NCBI GenBank assembly: GCA_048940925.1 | Contig: JBHLOC010000002.1 | Span: forward strand, 128,001-192,000 | DNA length: 64,000 bases | Reading direction: 5' to 3' | Origin: Promethearchaeota archaeon | Lineage (GTDB): Archaea; Asgardarchaeota; Lokiarchaeia; Sigyniarchaeales; SOKP01 | Part shown: in pieces, positions 29,984 through 41,199 of the stretch | Layout of the letters: every line of letters starts with the position of its first letter | Position numbering within the stretch: the first letter of the stretch is position 1 | Notes under the pieces: model-generated | The model's database searches: none | The model's input: the letters and a program-made list of their open reading frames with translations, nothing else | Told to the model about the DNA's origin: nothing | Translations under genes and position numbers: made by a program

Positions 29984-30415
29984 GGTAAATTCAGCATCTC
30001 TTTTCAATGAAAATTCAGTGAAAATTACAGTATTGAACTTATGTCAATTTATCAAAAATGAGGAATTTGAACCTACTTGATATTTTCACGGGTGTTACAA
30101 TAGTAAACAGTCAAGAAACAGTTGAAAGGATAAGAAAAGAAAGGAATATCCTAAAAGCTAATATGAAATATCTATTTATGGGAACTCCTGAAGAGATTAA
30201 AGAAAAAATAAAAGAAGCTGAAAATTTAGGTATCAACAAAATGGTTATAGCAATAGTAAGTCCTGACATTGAAGATCCTATTGACATCTTTAGCAGAGAA
30301 ATAATGTGATAAATTTTAATCTGATGTTAATGAGATTGATTTTAAATCTTTTAAATCTCGATTTTTATTTATTTTTCATGAAAGGTAAATTCAGCGTCTG
30401 ATTTCTATGAAAATT
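29984..30415 (+). repeat. 32-bp imperfect direct repeat (29984-30015 and 30384-30415)
   Basis: GGTAAATTCAGCATCTCTTTTCAATGAAAATT vs GGTAAATTCAGCGTCTGATTTCTATGAAAATT; 28/32 identical, 400 bp apart. Confidence 0.8.
30058..30309 (+). pseudogene. C-terminal fragment of an LLM-class (luciferase-like) oxidoreductase
   Basis: LFMGTPEEIKEKIKEAENLGINKMVI is the typical LLM C-terminus; the first ~250 aa are missing. Confidence 0.6.
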
Positions 30416-30912
30416 TATTTTGAAGGATAGATAAAAAAAACCGATTGAATTTAATTCTGTAATTTCGCCTTGGACCTTAATAGAGAATATAATATTTAAT
30501 TACTAATCTACCATTTTCAAGTAACAAATTAGACTTAATTTTGAAATAAGAAATTAATAATAGAATTAGAATCAAATTTTAAACTTGAATGTATACTCTT
30601 TTTCCATTACCTACATGAATAACATGAATTTTGATCAATTCCATTATTTTTTATGAATATTGAGTGGGAAATAGATCACCAAATCTTAATTTATTATCAT
30701 TAATAAACAGAATGCAGATAATGAATAATTATTAGAAATAATATTGCCCAGATCAATTATTCTTTTGAGAAAAAGTTCTGATTTTGATCTCCTCTCCTGA
30801 GATTCTTAATAAAAATTAACAAAATATCCATAAAGGCAAAGAAAGCAAAGTACTTATGACCAGTTAGAAAAACATTGCGTTGAAAAATGTTTGGACTTGA
30901 TCATTTACAAAG

Positions 30913-30960
30913 TGAAGAATGATCGAAATCTAGCATTCTTCATAAAAATATTTATATAAT
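30913..30960 (+). promoter_or_regulatory. Inverted repeat TGAAGAATG-N12-CATTCTTCA just upstream of a TATA-like box for hdrA 31032
   Basis: Perfect 9-bp arms at 30913-21 and 30934-42; TTTATATAA at 30951-59. Confidence 0.5.
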
Positions 30961-31031
30961 TTCATTTCTTTATTTTTAAATCAACGGTGAGATAACAAAT
31001 TTTTATTTAAAAAATTAAGAAGTGTTAAGTT

Positions 31032-34000
31032 ATGGAGGGATCTGTATTAGTAATTGGAGGAGGTATTGCGGGAATCCAAACATCTTTAGATTTAACTGAA
31101 TTAGGATTTAAAGTGTATTTAGTAGAAAAAACACCCTCAATTGGAGGGAGAATGGCTCAACTTGATAAAACATTCCCTACAAATGATTGTAGTTTATGTA
31201 TTCTTGCCCCGAAAATGGTGGAAGTATTTAGAAATCCTAATATTGAATTAATGACTTATCATGAAGTTCAAAAGATTTCTGGAAAAGCTGGAAATTTTAA
31301 TGTTACTGTTCTTAAGAAACCACGTTATATAGATGAGACAAAATGTAAAGGATGTGGGGATTGCGCGACCAAATGTCCAAAGATTGAAACCCCTAATATT
31401 TTTGATATGAATTTAGGCAAAAGAAAATCTGTTTACATACCGTTTCCTCAGGCAGTACCTCCTATATATTTAATTGACTCTGAATTATGTTTAAAACTCA
31501 CAAAAGGAGTATGCGGAGTCTGTGAAAAAGTTTGCAAGGCAGAAGCAATAGATTATGAACAACAACCCCAAGAAATCAAATTAAATGTTGGTGCTATCGT
31601 TGTTGCCACAGGATTTGATGTATTAGGGAAGGAATTATCCTCAAGATGGGGATATAGTTATAAGAATGTAGTTAATGCGTTAGAATATGAACGAATGTTA
31701 TCTGCTTCTGGACCTTTTGAAGGTCATATTCTACGTCCAAGCGATGAAAAAGAGCCAGAAATAATTGCATTTATTCAATGTGCTGGATCAAGGGATTTAC
31801 GTGAAGGAATTCCATATTGTTCAAGTGTATGTTGTATGTACACTGCTAAAGAAGCAATCATAACCCGGGAACACTCTGAAAATTCAAAATGCTTTGTGTT
31901 TAGGCATGATGTTAGAGCTTTCGGTAAAAATTTCTATGAGTATACCCAGAGAGCTCAAGAGGAATATGGGGTAAAATATTTTCAGACTAAAATTAGTAGA
32001 ATTTTAGAAGATCCAGAAACAAATGATTTAGTGATTCATTATGAGGATTTAAAAACTGGAGAATTTAAGGATTTTAAAGCAAACCTTGTAGTACTTGCAG
32101 CACCTCTCGTCCCTTCAGCTGGAACTAAAGAATTAGCTAAAATATTAGATATCGGATTGGATGAGTATAATTTTTTCAAAGAAAGATCATATTTTAATAA
32201 ATCCTTATCATCAAAAGAGGGTATTTTCATAGTAGGATTTTGTCAAGGTCCAATGGATATACCAGAAACTGTAGCAGATGCCAGTGGGGTGGCTTCACAT
32301 GTAGCAACCTTATTAAGTTCCTCTAAATTCACTGAAATAAAGGAAAAAATTATTGAGATACCAGAAAAAGAAGTTGCTTTAATGGATGAGCCAAGAATTG
32401 GTGTTCTTATCTGTCATTGTGGTATTAATATTGGTAAATATATTGATATCCCTGAAGTGATAAAGCACATAAAATCATTACCTAATGTAGTTTTTTGTGA
32501 AGATAACTTATATTCATGTAGTTCTGATTCTCAAGAACGAATTAAAGAAGTAATAAAGGAATATGATTTAAATAGGTTTATTGTAGCTTCTTGCACACCA
32601 AGAACACATGAATCTTTGTTTCAGGAGACATGTCAAGAAGCTGGGTTAAATAAGTATTTGTTTGAAATGGTCAATATCCGTGATCAATGTAGTTGGGTTC
32701 ATATGACCGAAAAAGAACTTGCTACCGAAAAGGCTAAGGATCTAATAAGAATGGGAGTTGCGAAGTCAAGATTATTAAATCCACAAAAAGAAGAGAAATT
32801 AAAAATCACTCAAACTGCATTGGTGATTGGTGGAGGTATATCAGGAATGACTGCTGCCTTAAACATAGCTAATCAGGGATTTCTCGTGTATCTTATAGAA
32901 AAAGAGAAATATTTAGGTGGAAATTTAAGGTATTTAAATATGTTATATCCTACTCAAGAGGACGCATCAGTCTTACTAAATGAAACCATAGAAAAGGTCA
33001 TGAACAACAAGCACATTAAACTCTTCTTAAGTTCTGCATTGAAAGATATTAATGGGTATGTCGGTAATTATAATGTTTCACTTATCGATTTAGAAGAAAA
33101 AGTTCATGAATTAAAAATTGGTACGATTATAGTAGCCACAGGCGGACAAGAATTAAAGCCAAATGAATTTTTTAACTATAGTTATACGAACCATAATGTA
33201 ATTACACAGCTACAGCTAGAACAGAAATTAAAAGATGAAGATAGTTCGTGGCTTGACAAGCTAAATCATATCACTACACTCTTATGTGTTAATGCAAGAC
33301 AAGAAGAAGGGATAACCTATTGTTCAAATATCTGTTGTGAAAGTGCTATAAAAAATATCAACCTTCTAAAGGAACTAAAACAAGACCTCAAATTAATAGT
33401 TCTTTATAGAGATCTTCAAATGGCTAAGAAAGAATTTGAAGCTTATTATCGTGAGCGAAGAAAAGATGCTGTTTTTTTGAGATATGATTTAAATAAACCA
33501 CCAATAATTAGTAATATAAATGGGAATGCTGAAAAGTTTGAAATAAAAGTATTTGATACCAATTTGCAAGATAACATCGAATTTGAAACAGATTTACTGG
33601 TATTATCGACTCCTATGGTTCCAGCTGATAATTTAGAAGAATTAGCACAGATGTTAAAGGTTCCGTTGGATAAAAATGGATTCTTCTTAGAAGCACATGT
33701 TAAATTAAGACCGCTAGATTTTGCTACAGATGGAATATTCTTATGTGGGTGTGCTCAATGGCCAAAAAATATACAAGATTCAATATCTCAAGCAAATGGT
33801 GCTGCTGGAAGAGCATGTAGATTTCTGGGCGTTAAGGAAATTACAACTTCTGGATTAGTAGCAGAAGTGGATCCTGATATATGTATTGGTTGTGGAACAT
33901 GTAAGGAAACATGCTCTTATAGCGCAATAGAACTCTTAGAAACTAAAAGAGAATTTGAAGAAGTATGTTTATCTATAAAAAAATCGTCGATCAATTCAGG

Positions 34001-34112
34001 ATTATGCAAAGGATGCGGAACTTGTGCTGTGAATTGTCCTGTTGGCGCTATTTCTATAAAACACTACGATTTTGAACAAATTAATGCTATGATTAAAACA
34101 CTAGCGATATAA
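31032..34112 (+). CDS. hdrA: Large (double-FAD) HdrA-family flavoprotein
   Basis: Close paralogue of 22558 and 35534. Confidence 0.9.
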   Translation: MEGSVLVIGGGIAGIQTSLDLTELGFKVYLVEKTPSIGGRMAQLDKTFPTNDCSLCILAPKMVEVFRNPNIELMTYHEVQKISGKAGNFNVTVLKKPRYIDETKCKGCGDCATKCPKIETPNIFDMNLGKRKSVYIPFPQAVPPIYLIDSELCLKLTKGVCGVCEKVCKAEAIDYEQQPQEIKLNVGAIVVATGFDVLGKELSSRWGYSYKNVVNALEYERMLSASGPFEGHILRPSDEKEPEIIAFIQCAGSRDLREGIPYCSSVCCMYTAKEAIITREHSENSKCFVFRHDVRAFGKNFYEYTQRAQEEYGVKYFQTKISRILEDPETNDLVIHYEDLKTGEFKDFKANLVVLAAPLVPSAGTKELAKILDIGLDEYNFFKERSYFNKSLSSKEGIFIVGFCQGPMDIPETVADASGVASHVATLLSSSKFTEIKEKIIEIPEKEVALMDEPRIGVLICHCGINIGKYIDIPEVIKHIKSLPNVVFCEDNLYSCSSDSQERIKEVIKEYDLNRFIVASCTPRTHESLFQETCQEAGLNKYLFEMVNIRDQCSWVHMTEKELATEKAKDLIRMGVAKSRLLNPQKEEKLKITQTALVIGGGISGMTAALNIANQGFLVYLIEKEKYLGGNLRYLNMLYPTQEDASVLLNETIEKVMNNKHIKLFLSSALKDINGYVGNYNVSLIDLEEKVHELKIGTIIVATGGQELKPNEFFNYSYTNHNVITQLQLEQKLKDEDSSWLDKLNHITTLLCVNARQEEGITYCSNICCESAIKNINLLKELKQDLKLIVLYRDLQMAKKEFEAYYRERRKDAVFLRYDLNKPPIISNINGNAEKFEIKVFDTNLQDNIEFETDLLVLSTPMVPADNLEELAQMLKVPLDKNGFFLEAHVKLRPLDFATDGIFLCGCAQWPKNIQDSISQANGAAGRACRFLGVKEITTSGLVAEVDPDICIGCGTCKETCSYSAIELLETKREFEEVCLSIKKSSINSGLCKGCGTCAVNCPVGAISIKHYDFEQINAMIKTLAI

Positions 34113-34253
34113 CCGATGGATATTTCAGATTAGCTAGAATATCACTCATTTGACAATAGAGTTATAAATACTAATCAGAAAAAATAAATTGTTTCTATTT
34201 TTTTTCTATTCATTATAGTTTCAAATTATTATAATTCATATTAACCACATAAA

Positions 34254-35534
34254 GTGAATTTTATTACTGAAATTGAAAAAGGGGATAAAGTAGAAGATCT
34301 CAGAGCTGAAAAAAATAAATTTCTTGAAAAAATCTATGACCCAGACATAAGAAAATTACTATATCGATGCTATCAATGTGTTCGCTGTAGTGGTGTCTGC
34401 CAACTTAGCCACGTTCAGAAGTTTGAGCCAAGTAAAATTATTCAAATGATATTAGAGGGTTTTGAGGATAAGATTATCGAGAGTGGAGTTTTATGGGATT
34501 GTTTAACATGCAACGCTTGTCTTCAAAATTGCCCTGAAGGAATAAATTTTGCAGATATTGTAAGAATGGTAAAATATAAATCACGAGAATCTGATAAACA
34601 AAATCCTGATGATTATGTTGCGCATAAGGGAGTATACACAACCATTTCAGAGATAATGAGCGAACCTCATATAAAGCCAGCGAGATCGCTCGAATGGATC
34701 CCTAAAGAATGTAAAGTTTCAGAACAAGGAAATATATTATACTATGTTGGATGCCTCCCTTATTTCAATTTTGAATTTGAAAACTCAGATTCAATTGCTG
34801 AAAGTACTTTAAAAATCCTCTGTCAGATTGAGAAAGAGCCAATTGTAGTTCTTAAAGATGAAATATGTTGTGGACATGACCTATATTGGGGTCAAGGCAA
34901 ATTTAATGCTTTCATCAATTTAGCAGAGAAGAATCTCAAAAGATTTGAAGAAACTGGTGCTACTACAATTGTCACTGCTTGTGCTGAATGCTATAGAACT
35001 TTTAAGGTTGATTATCTGAAATTATTCGAAGATTTTGATAAAAAATTTGTGGTTAAACATTTAATTGAATATGTATATGAAAAATGGAAAGAAAAGAAGA
35101 TTGAATTTAAAAATCCAAGTGAAATGGAAGAGCCTATTCAATTCACTTATCATGATCCATGTAGGTTAAGTAGGTTTTTACCTAAAAATAGTAAGATTAT
35201 TGATAATGTACGTGAAATTTTTCATCATTTAAATAAAATTGGATATAAGTTTAATGAAATGGCACATAATAAAACTGATGCGTTATGTTGTGGAGTAAGT
35301 TCTTGGATGAATTGTAATGACCGATCGAAGGCATTAAGGTATAAACGACTATTAGAAGCGAAGGATGTGGGTGAAATAATGGTAACATCATGCCCAAAAT
35401 GTAAATTCCATTTAACATGTTTACAAAATGATTATGAAGATATATCATCGGTTGAGATAATAGATTTCTCAGAGTTCCTAGTAGACTTAATAAAGATAAA
35501 AGAATCAAGTGAAGAATTGGAGGAAGAAAAATAA
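34254..35534 (+). CDS. HdrD-like (ferredoxin plus CCG domains)
   Basis: Paralogue of 21280 with the same motifs. Confidence 0.85.
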   Translation: MNFITEIEKGDKVEDLRAEKNKFLEKIYDPDIRKLLYRCYQCVRCSGVCQLSHVQKFEPSKIIQMILEGFEDKIIESGVLWDCLTCNACLQNCPEGINFADIVRMVKYKSRESDKQNPDDYVAHKGVYTTISEIMSEPHIKPARSLEWIPKECKVSEQGNILYYVGCLPYFNFEFENSDSIAESTLKILCQIEKEPIVVLKDEICCGHDLYWGQGKFNAFINLAEKNLKRFEETGATTIVTACAECYRTFKVDYLKLFEDFDKKFVVKHLIEYVYEKWKEKKIEFKNPSEMEEPIQFTYHDPCRLSRFLPKNSKIIDNVREIFHHLNKIGYKFNEMAHNKTDALCCGVSSWMNCNDRSKALRYKRLLEAKDVGEIMVTSCPKCKFHLTCLQNDYEDISSVEIIDFSEFLVDLIKIKESSEELEEEK

Positions 35535-38500
35535 TGGAAGGATCTGTTTTAGTAATTGGAGGAGGTGTCGCTGGAATTCAGACCTCATTGGATCTTACCG
35601 AATTAGGTCTAAAGGTCTATTTAGTAGAAAGATCTCCATCTATTGGAGGGAGAATGGCTCAGCTAGATAAAACTTTTCCCACAAATGATTGTAGTCTATG
35701 TATTCTCGCCCCTAAGATGGTTGAGGTGTTCAGAAATCCTAATATCGAACTTATGACCTATCATGAAGTTAAAAAAGTAGAAGGGAAACCAGGAAGCTTC
35801 ACAATTACTGTTCTTAAAAAACCACGTTATATTGATGAGACTAAATGTAAAGGATGTGGTGATTGTGCTGCCAAGTGCCCAAAGATAGAAGCTCCAAATA
35901 TTTTTGATATGAATTTGGGAAAGAGGAAATCTGTTTATATCCCCTTTCCACAAGCTGTTCCTCCAATTTATCTAATTGACCCTGAATTATGCCTTAAACT
36001 TACTAGAGGGGTTTGTGGAGTTTGTGAGAAAGTTTGTACGGCAGAAGCAATTGATTATGAACAACAACCACAAGAAATTGAATTAAAGGTCGGTGCGATT
36101 GTAGTTGCTACGGGATTTGATATGTTTGCTGAAGAATTGTCTTCTCGATGGGGTTATCAATATGAAAATGTAGTTAATGCACTCGAATATGAACGAATTC
36201 TTTGCGCTAGCGGTCCGTTTGGTGGACATGTAATGCGTCCTAGTGATGAAAAAGAACCTGAGATAATTGCTTTTATTCAATGTGCAGGATCACGAGATTT
36301 ACATGAAAATGTTCCTTATTGTTCATCAGTATGTTGTATGTATACTGCAAAAGAGGCAATAATCACCAAAGAACACTCAGATCATTCAAAATGTTTCGTA
36401 TTTCGACATGATATCAGAGCTTATGGTAAAAATTTCTATGAATTTACCCAGAGAGCTCAAGAAGAATATGGGGTAAAATACTTTCAGACAAAAATTAGTA
36501 CTATTGAAGAAGATCCTGAAACAAACGACTTAATTATTCATTATGAAGATTTAAAAACTGGTGGATTTAAAGATTTTAGAGCAAACTTGGTTGTTTTAGC
36601 CACACCTTTAGTTCCTTCGAAAGGAACAGAAGAATTAGGTAAAATCTTAGATATTGAGTTAGATCATTATAATTTTTATAAAGAAAAAACATATTTTAAC
36701 AAATCATTATCCTCAAAAGAGGGTATTTTCTTATGTGGATTTTGTCAGGGTCCAATGGATATTCCTGAAACAGTTGCTGATGCGAGTGGAGTAGCCTCCC
36801 AAGTAGCTACATTATTAAACTCTGTCAAATTTACCGAAGTGAAAGAAAAAATATTTGAAATTCCAGAAAAAGAAGTTAAAATTACTGATGAGCCAAGAAT
36901 AGGGGTACTTATTTGCCATTGTGGTATTAATATAGGCAAATATGTAGATGTTCCTGAAGTACGAGAATATATTAAGACCTTACCTAATGTAATACATTGT
37001 GAAGATAATTTATATTCATGTAGCTCTGACTCACAAGAAAGAATTAAAGAATTAATTGCTGAACATAATCTAAACAGATTTATCGTTGCTTCTTGTACAC
37101 CTCGAACCCATGAGGCATTATTCCAAGAAACATGTCAAGAAGCAGGAATGAATAAGTATCTATTTGAAATGGTCAACATCCGTGATCAGTGCTCCTGGGT
37201 CCATATGACTGAAAAAGAAGCTGCTACTGAGAAATCGAAGGATCTCTTGCGGATGGCAGTCGCAAAAGCTCGATTAATTAAACCACAAGCTGAAGAAAAA
37301 CTGCAAATCACCCCAACAGGTTTAGTAATAGGTGGCGGTGTTTCAGGTATGACCGCTGCTTTAAATTTAGCAGATCAAGGATTTAAAACTTATCTTGTTG
37401 AAAAAGAAGACAAATTAGGGGGAAATCTAAACAATTTGAATATTTTATACCCAATTCAAGAGGATGCTTCGATATTCCTAAAGGAAATAACTCAGAAAGT
37501 TGAGAACCATAATAATATTGAAGTCCTAATGAAATCTAAAATTAATTCCATTAAGGGTTACATTGGTAATTATGAGGTTTCAGTTACCAATTCAGGAACA
37601 GATCCTAAGGAATTGAAAATTGGGACTATTATTGTAGCTACTGGAGCGCAAGAATTAAAACCTCATGGATTATATCAATATGACGATAAGAATGATGATG
37701 TAATAACCCAATTAGAGTTAGAACAGAAACTCCAAGATAAAGATAAATCTTGGCTTGATAAAGTTAATCGTGTAACATTTATTCTATGTGCTAACGCTAG
37801 GCAAAAAGAGGGAATAACGTACTGTTCAAATGTGTGTTGTGGAACTTCAATTAAAAATATTAATATTTTAAAAGAGTTGAAACCAGAACTGGAAATCGTC
37901 GTTCTATATAGAGATTTTCAAATGGCCAAAAAAGAATTTGAGGAGTATTATCGAAATCGAAGGAAAGATGCGATGTTTTTACGATATGATTTAGATAACT
38001 TACCAAAAATAACAAAGAAAAACAAGGAAAAATATAGAATTAAAGTATTTGATACCAATCTGCAGGATAAAATCTCTTATGAGACTGATATGATTGTTTT
38101 AGCAACTCCTATGATACCAGCAGATAATTTGGAAGAATTAGCTAAGATGCTCAAGGTTCCTTTAGACAGAACTGGCTTTTTCTTAGAAGCTCATGTTAAA
38201 CTGAGACCCTTAGATTTTGCTACTGATGGTGTCTTCTTATGTGGATGTGCTCAATGGCCTAAAAATATACAAGATTCAATTTCACAAGCAAACGGAGCAG
38301 CTGGACGAGCAAGCCGATTTCTAAGTGCAAAAGAAATTACAACATCAGGTTTAGTTGCTGAAGTAAATCAAGATAAATGTATAGGATGTGGTGAATGTGA
38401 AGAAGTTTGTCCATATAAAGCTATAGAATTAATAGATACACCTAAAGAATTTGAAGATTTAAGCATAGTTGTTAAAAAATCTTCTATTAATTCCGCCCTC

Positions 38501-38629
38501 TGTAAAGGTTGTGGAACATGTGCAGCTACTTGTAAAGTTGGAGCAATAATGGTAAAACATTATGATTTTAATCAAATATCAGCTATGATTGATTCTTATT
38601 TGTTAGAAAAAGAAAAGGTAAAAAATTAA
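35534..38629 (+). CDS. hdrA: Large (double-FAD) HdrA-family flavoprotein
   Basis: Close paralogue of 22558 and 31032. Confidence 0.9.
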   Translation: MEGSVLVIGGGVAGIQTSLDLTELGLKVYLVERSPSIGGRMAQLDKTFPTNDCSLCILAPKMVEVFRNPNIELMTYHEVKKVEGKPGSFTITVLKKPRYIDETKCKGCGDCAAKCPKIEAPNIFDMNLGKRKSVYIPFPQAVPPIYLIDPELCLKLTRGVCGVCEKVCTAEAIDYEQQPQEIELKVGAIVVATGFDMFAEELSSRWGYQYENVVNALEYERILCASGPFGGHVMRPSDEKEPEIIAFIQCAGSRDLHENVPYCSSVCCMYTAKEAIITKEHSDHSKCFVFRHDIRAYGKNFYEFTQRAQEEYGVKYFQTKISTIEEDPETNDLIIHYEDLKTGGFKDFRANLVVLATPLVPSKGTEELGKILDIELDHYNFYKEKTYFNKSLSSKEGIFLCGFCQGPMDIPETVADASGVASQVATLLNSVKFTEVKEKIFEIPEKEVKITDEPRIGVLICHCGINIGKYVDVPEVREYIKTLPNVIHCEDNLYSCSSDSQERIKELIAEHNLNRFIVASCTPRTHEALFQETCQEAGMNKYLFEMVNIRDQCSWVHMTEKEAATEKSKDLLRMAVAKARLIKPQAEEKLQITPTGLVIGGGVSGMTAALNLADQGFKTYLVEKEDKLGGNLNNLNILYPIQEDASIFLKEITQKVENHNNIEVLMKSKINSIKGYIGNYEVSVTNSGTDPKELKIGTIIVATGAQELKPHGLYQYDDKNDDVITQLELEQKLQDKDKSWLDKVNRVTFILCANARQKEGITYCSNVCCGTSIKNINILKELKPELEIVVLYRDFQMAKKEFEEYYRNRRKDAMFLRYDLDNLPKITKKNKEKYRIKVFDTNLQDKISYETDMIVLATPMIPADNLEELAKMLKVPLDRTGFFLEAHVKLRPLDFATDGVFLCGCAQWPKNIQDSISQANGAAGRASRFLSAKEITTSGLVAEVNQDKCIGCGECEEVCPYKAIELIDTPKEFEDLSIVVKKSSINSALCKGCGTCAATCKVGAIMVKHYDFNQISAMIDSYLLEKEKVKN

Positions 38630-38648
38630 TTATAAGGGTAAAGAAATA

Positions 38649-39083
38649 ATGTCAAAATCAAAAGGAAAAGCAACTAAAAACGGATTTGAGCCCAATATTT
38701 TAGTTTTTTGTTGCAATTGGTGTAGTTATGCTGGTGCTGATTTAGCAGGAGTTTCACGATTTCAATATCCTCCAAATATTAGAGTAATACGCGTAATGTG
38801 TTCTGGAAGAGTTGATCCTTCATTTGTCCTAAAAGCTTTAAAAAATGGCGCTGATGGAGTTCTTGTAAGTGGGTGCCATATAGGAGATTGCCATTATATT
38901 TCTGGAAATGAATATACCCAAGAACGGTTCGAAAGATTACATAATATTCTGATTAAGCAACTAGGAATAGATCCAAAAAGAGTACGCTTAGAATGGGTGA
39001 GCGCGTCTGAAGGAAAGAGATTTGCTGAAGTAATCACGGAGTTTACTAATCAAATTAAAGAATTAGGTCCCTTGAAATCCTAA
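38649..39083 (+). CDS. mvhD: MvhD [2Fe-2S] subunit
   Basis: [26 protein letters not shown]. Confidence 0.92.
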   Translation: MSKSKGKATKNGFEPNILVFCCNWCSYAGADLAGVSRFQYPPNIRVIRVMCSGRVDPSFVLKALKNGADGVLVSGCHIGDCHYISGNEYTQERFERLHNILIKQLGIDPKRVRLEWVSASEGKRFAEVITEFTNQIKELGPLKS

Positions 39084-39150
39084 AATTTTTAAAACAGCAT
39101 CAATTGATAAGTGTTTTAACTCATTTGCTTTATTAAAGTTTTTAACAGAA

Positions 39151-39296
39151 CTATTCTACATAGGGTAGTCCTCCAATTTCTTCAATCTTTTTTTATCCCA
39201 TTCAATATCTGAAAGGCGTTTTTTAAAGTATATTTTACCACCATCATTCAAATTTGCTAACTTCTTATCAAATATCCCACATATTGGAGGACTCAT
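39151..39296 (-). pseudogene. Possible frameshifted small hypothetical gene
   Basis: ATG 39296: MSPPICGIFDKKLANLNDGGKIYFKKRLSDIEWDKK, then an apparent shift in an A-run to EEIGGLPYVE*. Confidence 0.3.
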
Positions 39297-39411
39297 AATA
39301 AAGATTTAAAATTTGAAAAAATTTTTTAACTTTTAGATAAAATATAATAAATTTGAAGCTTCTTTTCTAAATTTAAAACAATTGAAAATAAAAAGTATAA
39401 GTTGAATAATA

Positions 39412-40152
39412 ATGGAAGATAAAGAATATCAATTTATCAAAATCGAGAAAAAAGGTAAAATCTCGATAATTAAGTTTAATCGACCGGAAAAGAAAAATGC
39501 TTTAAGTGAAGACATGAGAACGGAGATTATAGATGCATTAGATACTCTTAAGGATGAAAAACGAGTTAAGGCGGTAATCTTTTATGGAGGTGAGGATTTT
39601 TTTTCTGCCGGATTTGATAGAGATGAAGTACAGGCTATCGTACAGGGGAAAGGGGATTACCAACGCTTCATTGATTCAAATCATCTTTTTCATCAAACAA
39701 TATTTGATTTTCCTAAATTATTAATAGCTGTTGTGAATGGATATGCCTTAGCAGGAGCTTTTGACCTCGCTGTTATTTGCCACCTTCGTGTTGCTTCCAA
39801 AGCTACTCTTTTTGGTCACCCTGAGATAAGATTTGGTGCATGTCCTCTTTTCTTTCCATACATGGCTCTCTTAGGACGAGGTAAAGCACTGGAAATTGCT
39901 TTAAATACAGGATCCCAAGAAAATTTTCTCACAGCTGAAGAAGCATACAGATTAAATATAGTAAATAAATTAGTTGAAAAAGGAGAAGCATTGAATGAAG
40001 CTATAAAGATGGCAAAACAAATTATTCAATCTCCAGAATTCGTGATTTCACAATTAATTAAGGTAAATAATACTTTTTTCAATCAAATTAATATATTTGA
40101 CAAGGAAATAGATACAATTGTAGAAAGTATGAAACCAATATTAGGTATATAA
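39412..40152 (+). CDS. Enoyl-CoA hydratase/isomerase family
   Basis: NRPEKKNAL, FSAGFD, IAVVNGYALAG, FGHPEIRFG. Confidence 0.9.
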   Translation: MEDKEYQFIKIEKKGKISIIKFNRPEKKNALSEDMRTEIIDALDTLKDEKRVKAVIFYGGEDFFSAGFDRDEVQAIVQGKGDYQRFIDSNHLFHQTIFDFPKLLIAVVNGYALAGAFDLAVICHLRVASKATLFGHPEIRFGACPLFFPYMALLGRGKALEIALNTGSQENFLTAEEAYRLNIVNKLVEKGEALNEAIKMAKQIIQSPEFVISQLIKVNNTFFNQINIFDKEIDTIVESMKPILGI

Positions 40153-40174
40153 AATCTAATTAGGTGATTATTCT

Positions 40175-41149
40175 ATAAAAGCAGTTATTTTTGAAGATAT
40201 TCAAAAATTAGTATATAAGGAAGATTATCCTACACCAACTCCTGGTCCAGACGATGTTCTGGTTAAAGTTCATTACTGTGGAATATGTGGAAGTGATGTA
40301 ATAAATTTCAGATATAAGATGTATCAAGTTCCACTCATTATGGGGCATGAGATTTCTGGAGAAATAGCAGAAATTGGTGAAAATATTAAAGATATTAACA
40401 TTGGTGATAATGTAATTGCCATAAATGTTTCGCAATATGTTATGGGAGAATTGAAAGGATTGGGTGTATTTGAAGATGGCGGATTTGCAGAGTATGTGAA
40501 AGTAAGAAGGAGTAATGTATTTTATCCTCCTACATCAATTTCTGCTAAAGAAGCTGTCATGATTGAATCATTTGCTAATATAATGAGAGCTATAAGAATG
40601 TCAATGATAGAGAATAACCAGAGGATCATGATCATTGGAGGGGGGAATATCGGATTAGCTTTCCTAGTAACTTTATTATGTGAAAAAAGCCCTGAATATG
40701 TAATTGTAATAGAACCTCATGAATTTTTAAGAGAAAAAGCAAAAGATTTTGGTGCTATTGATTCTTTTCCTCCAAGTAAAGCTAAAATAAGGAAATTTAT
40801 AAAGAAACATAGGCAACCTTCCTTTGTTTTTGATTGTGTAGGAAGTGAAGAAACTATTAGGATGGCAATCGATTTAATTCAAAGAGGTGGAATTGTGTTA
40901 TTGGAGGGAATTCAAAAAGGCATGGTTATTCATACCTTTCCAATTATTAATAAAGAAATTTGCTTGAAAGGATGTTTAGGGCATGATCGAAACGACATTA
41001 TTTCTACAATTGAATTATTTGCTAAAAATAAAATTAACGCTGATAAATTTATTACTAAAACTATAGCTTTGGAGGATGTTCAAGAAACTTTTGAATCTTT
41101 TATGAAACTAGATAAAAGAGATTTTATCAAGATATTAATTGAAATTTAA
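40175..41149 (+). CDS. Zn-dependent alcohol dehydrogenase (MDR family); probable ATA start
   Basis: Upstream of ATG 40319 the frame reads (I)KAVIFED...VLVKVHYCGICGSD; then GHE and GGGNIG. In-frame TAA at 40157; AGGTGA 7 nt before ATA 40175. Confidence 0.88.
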   Translation: MKAVIFEDIQKLVYKEDYPTPTPGPDDVLVKVHYCGICGSDVINFRYKMYQVPLIMGHEISGEIAEIGENIKDINIGDNVIAINVSQYVMGELKGLGVFEDGGFAEYVKVRRSNVFYPPTSISAKEAVMIESFANIMRAIRMSMIENNQRIMIIGGGNIGLAFLVTLLCEKSPEYVIVIEPHEFLREKAKDFGAIDSFPPSKAKIRKFIKKHRQPSFVFDCVGSEETIRMAIDLIQRGGIVLLEGIQKGMVIHTFPIINKEICLKGCLGHDRNDIISTIELFAKNKINADKFITKTIALEDVQETFESFMKLDKRDFIKILIEI

Positions 41150-41199
41150 TATATTTATTTCATTAATCTATTTAAATCTACAAGCTTAGAAAATAAAGT

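Noticed and set aside
34119-34143. Hairpin GATATT..AATATC after hdrA 31032 as a second SECIS
   Set aside because: It lacks the AUGA/GA core, and the upstream gene has no in-frame TGA.
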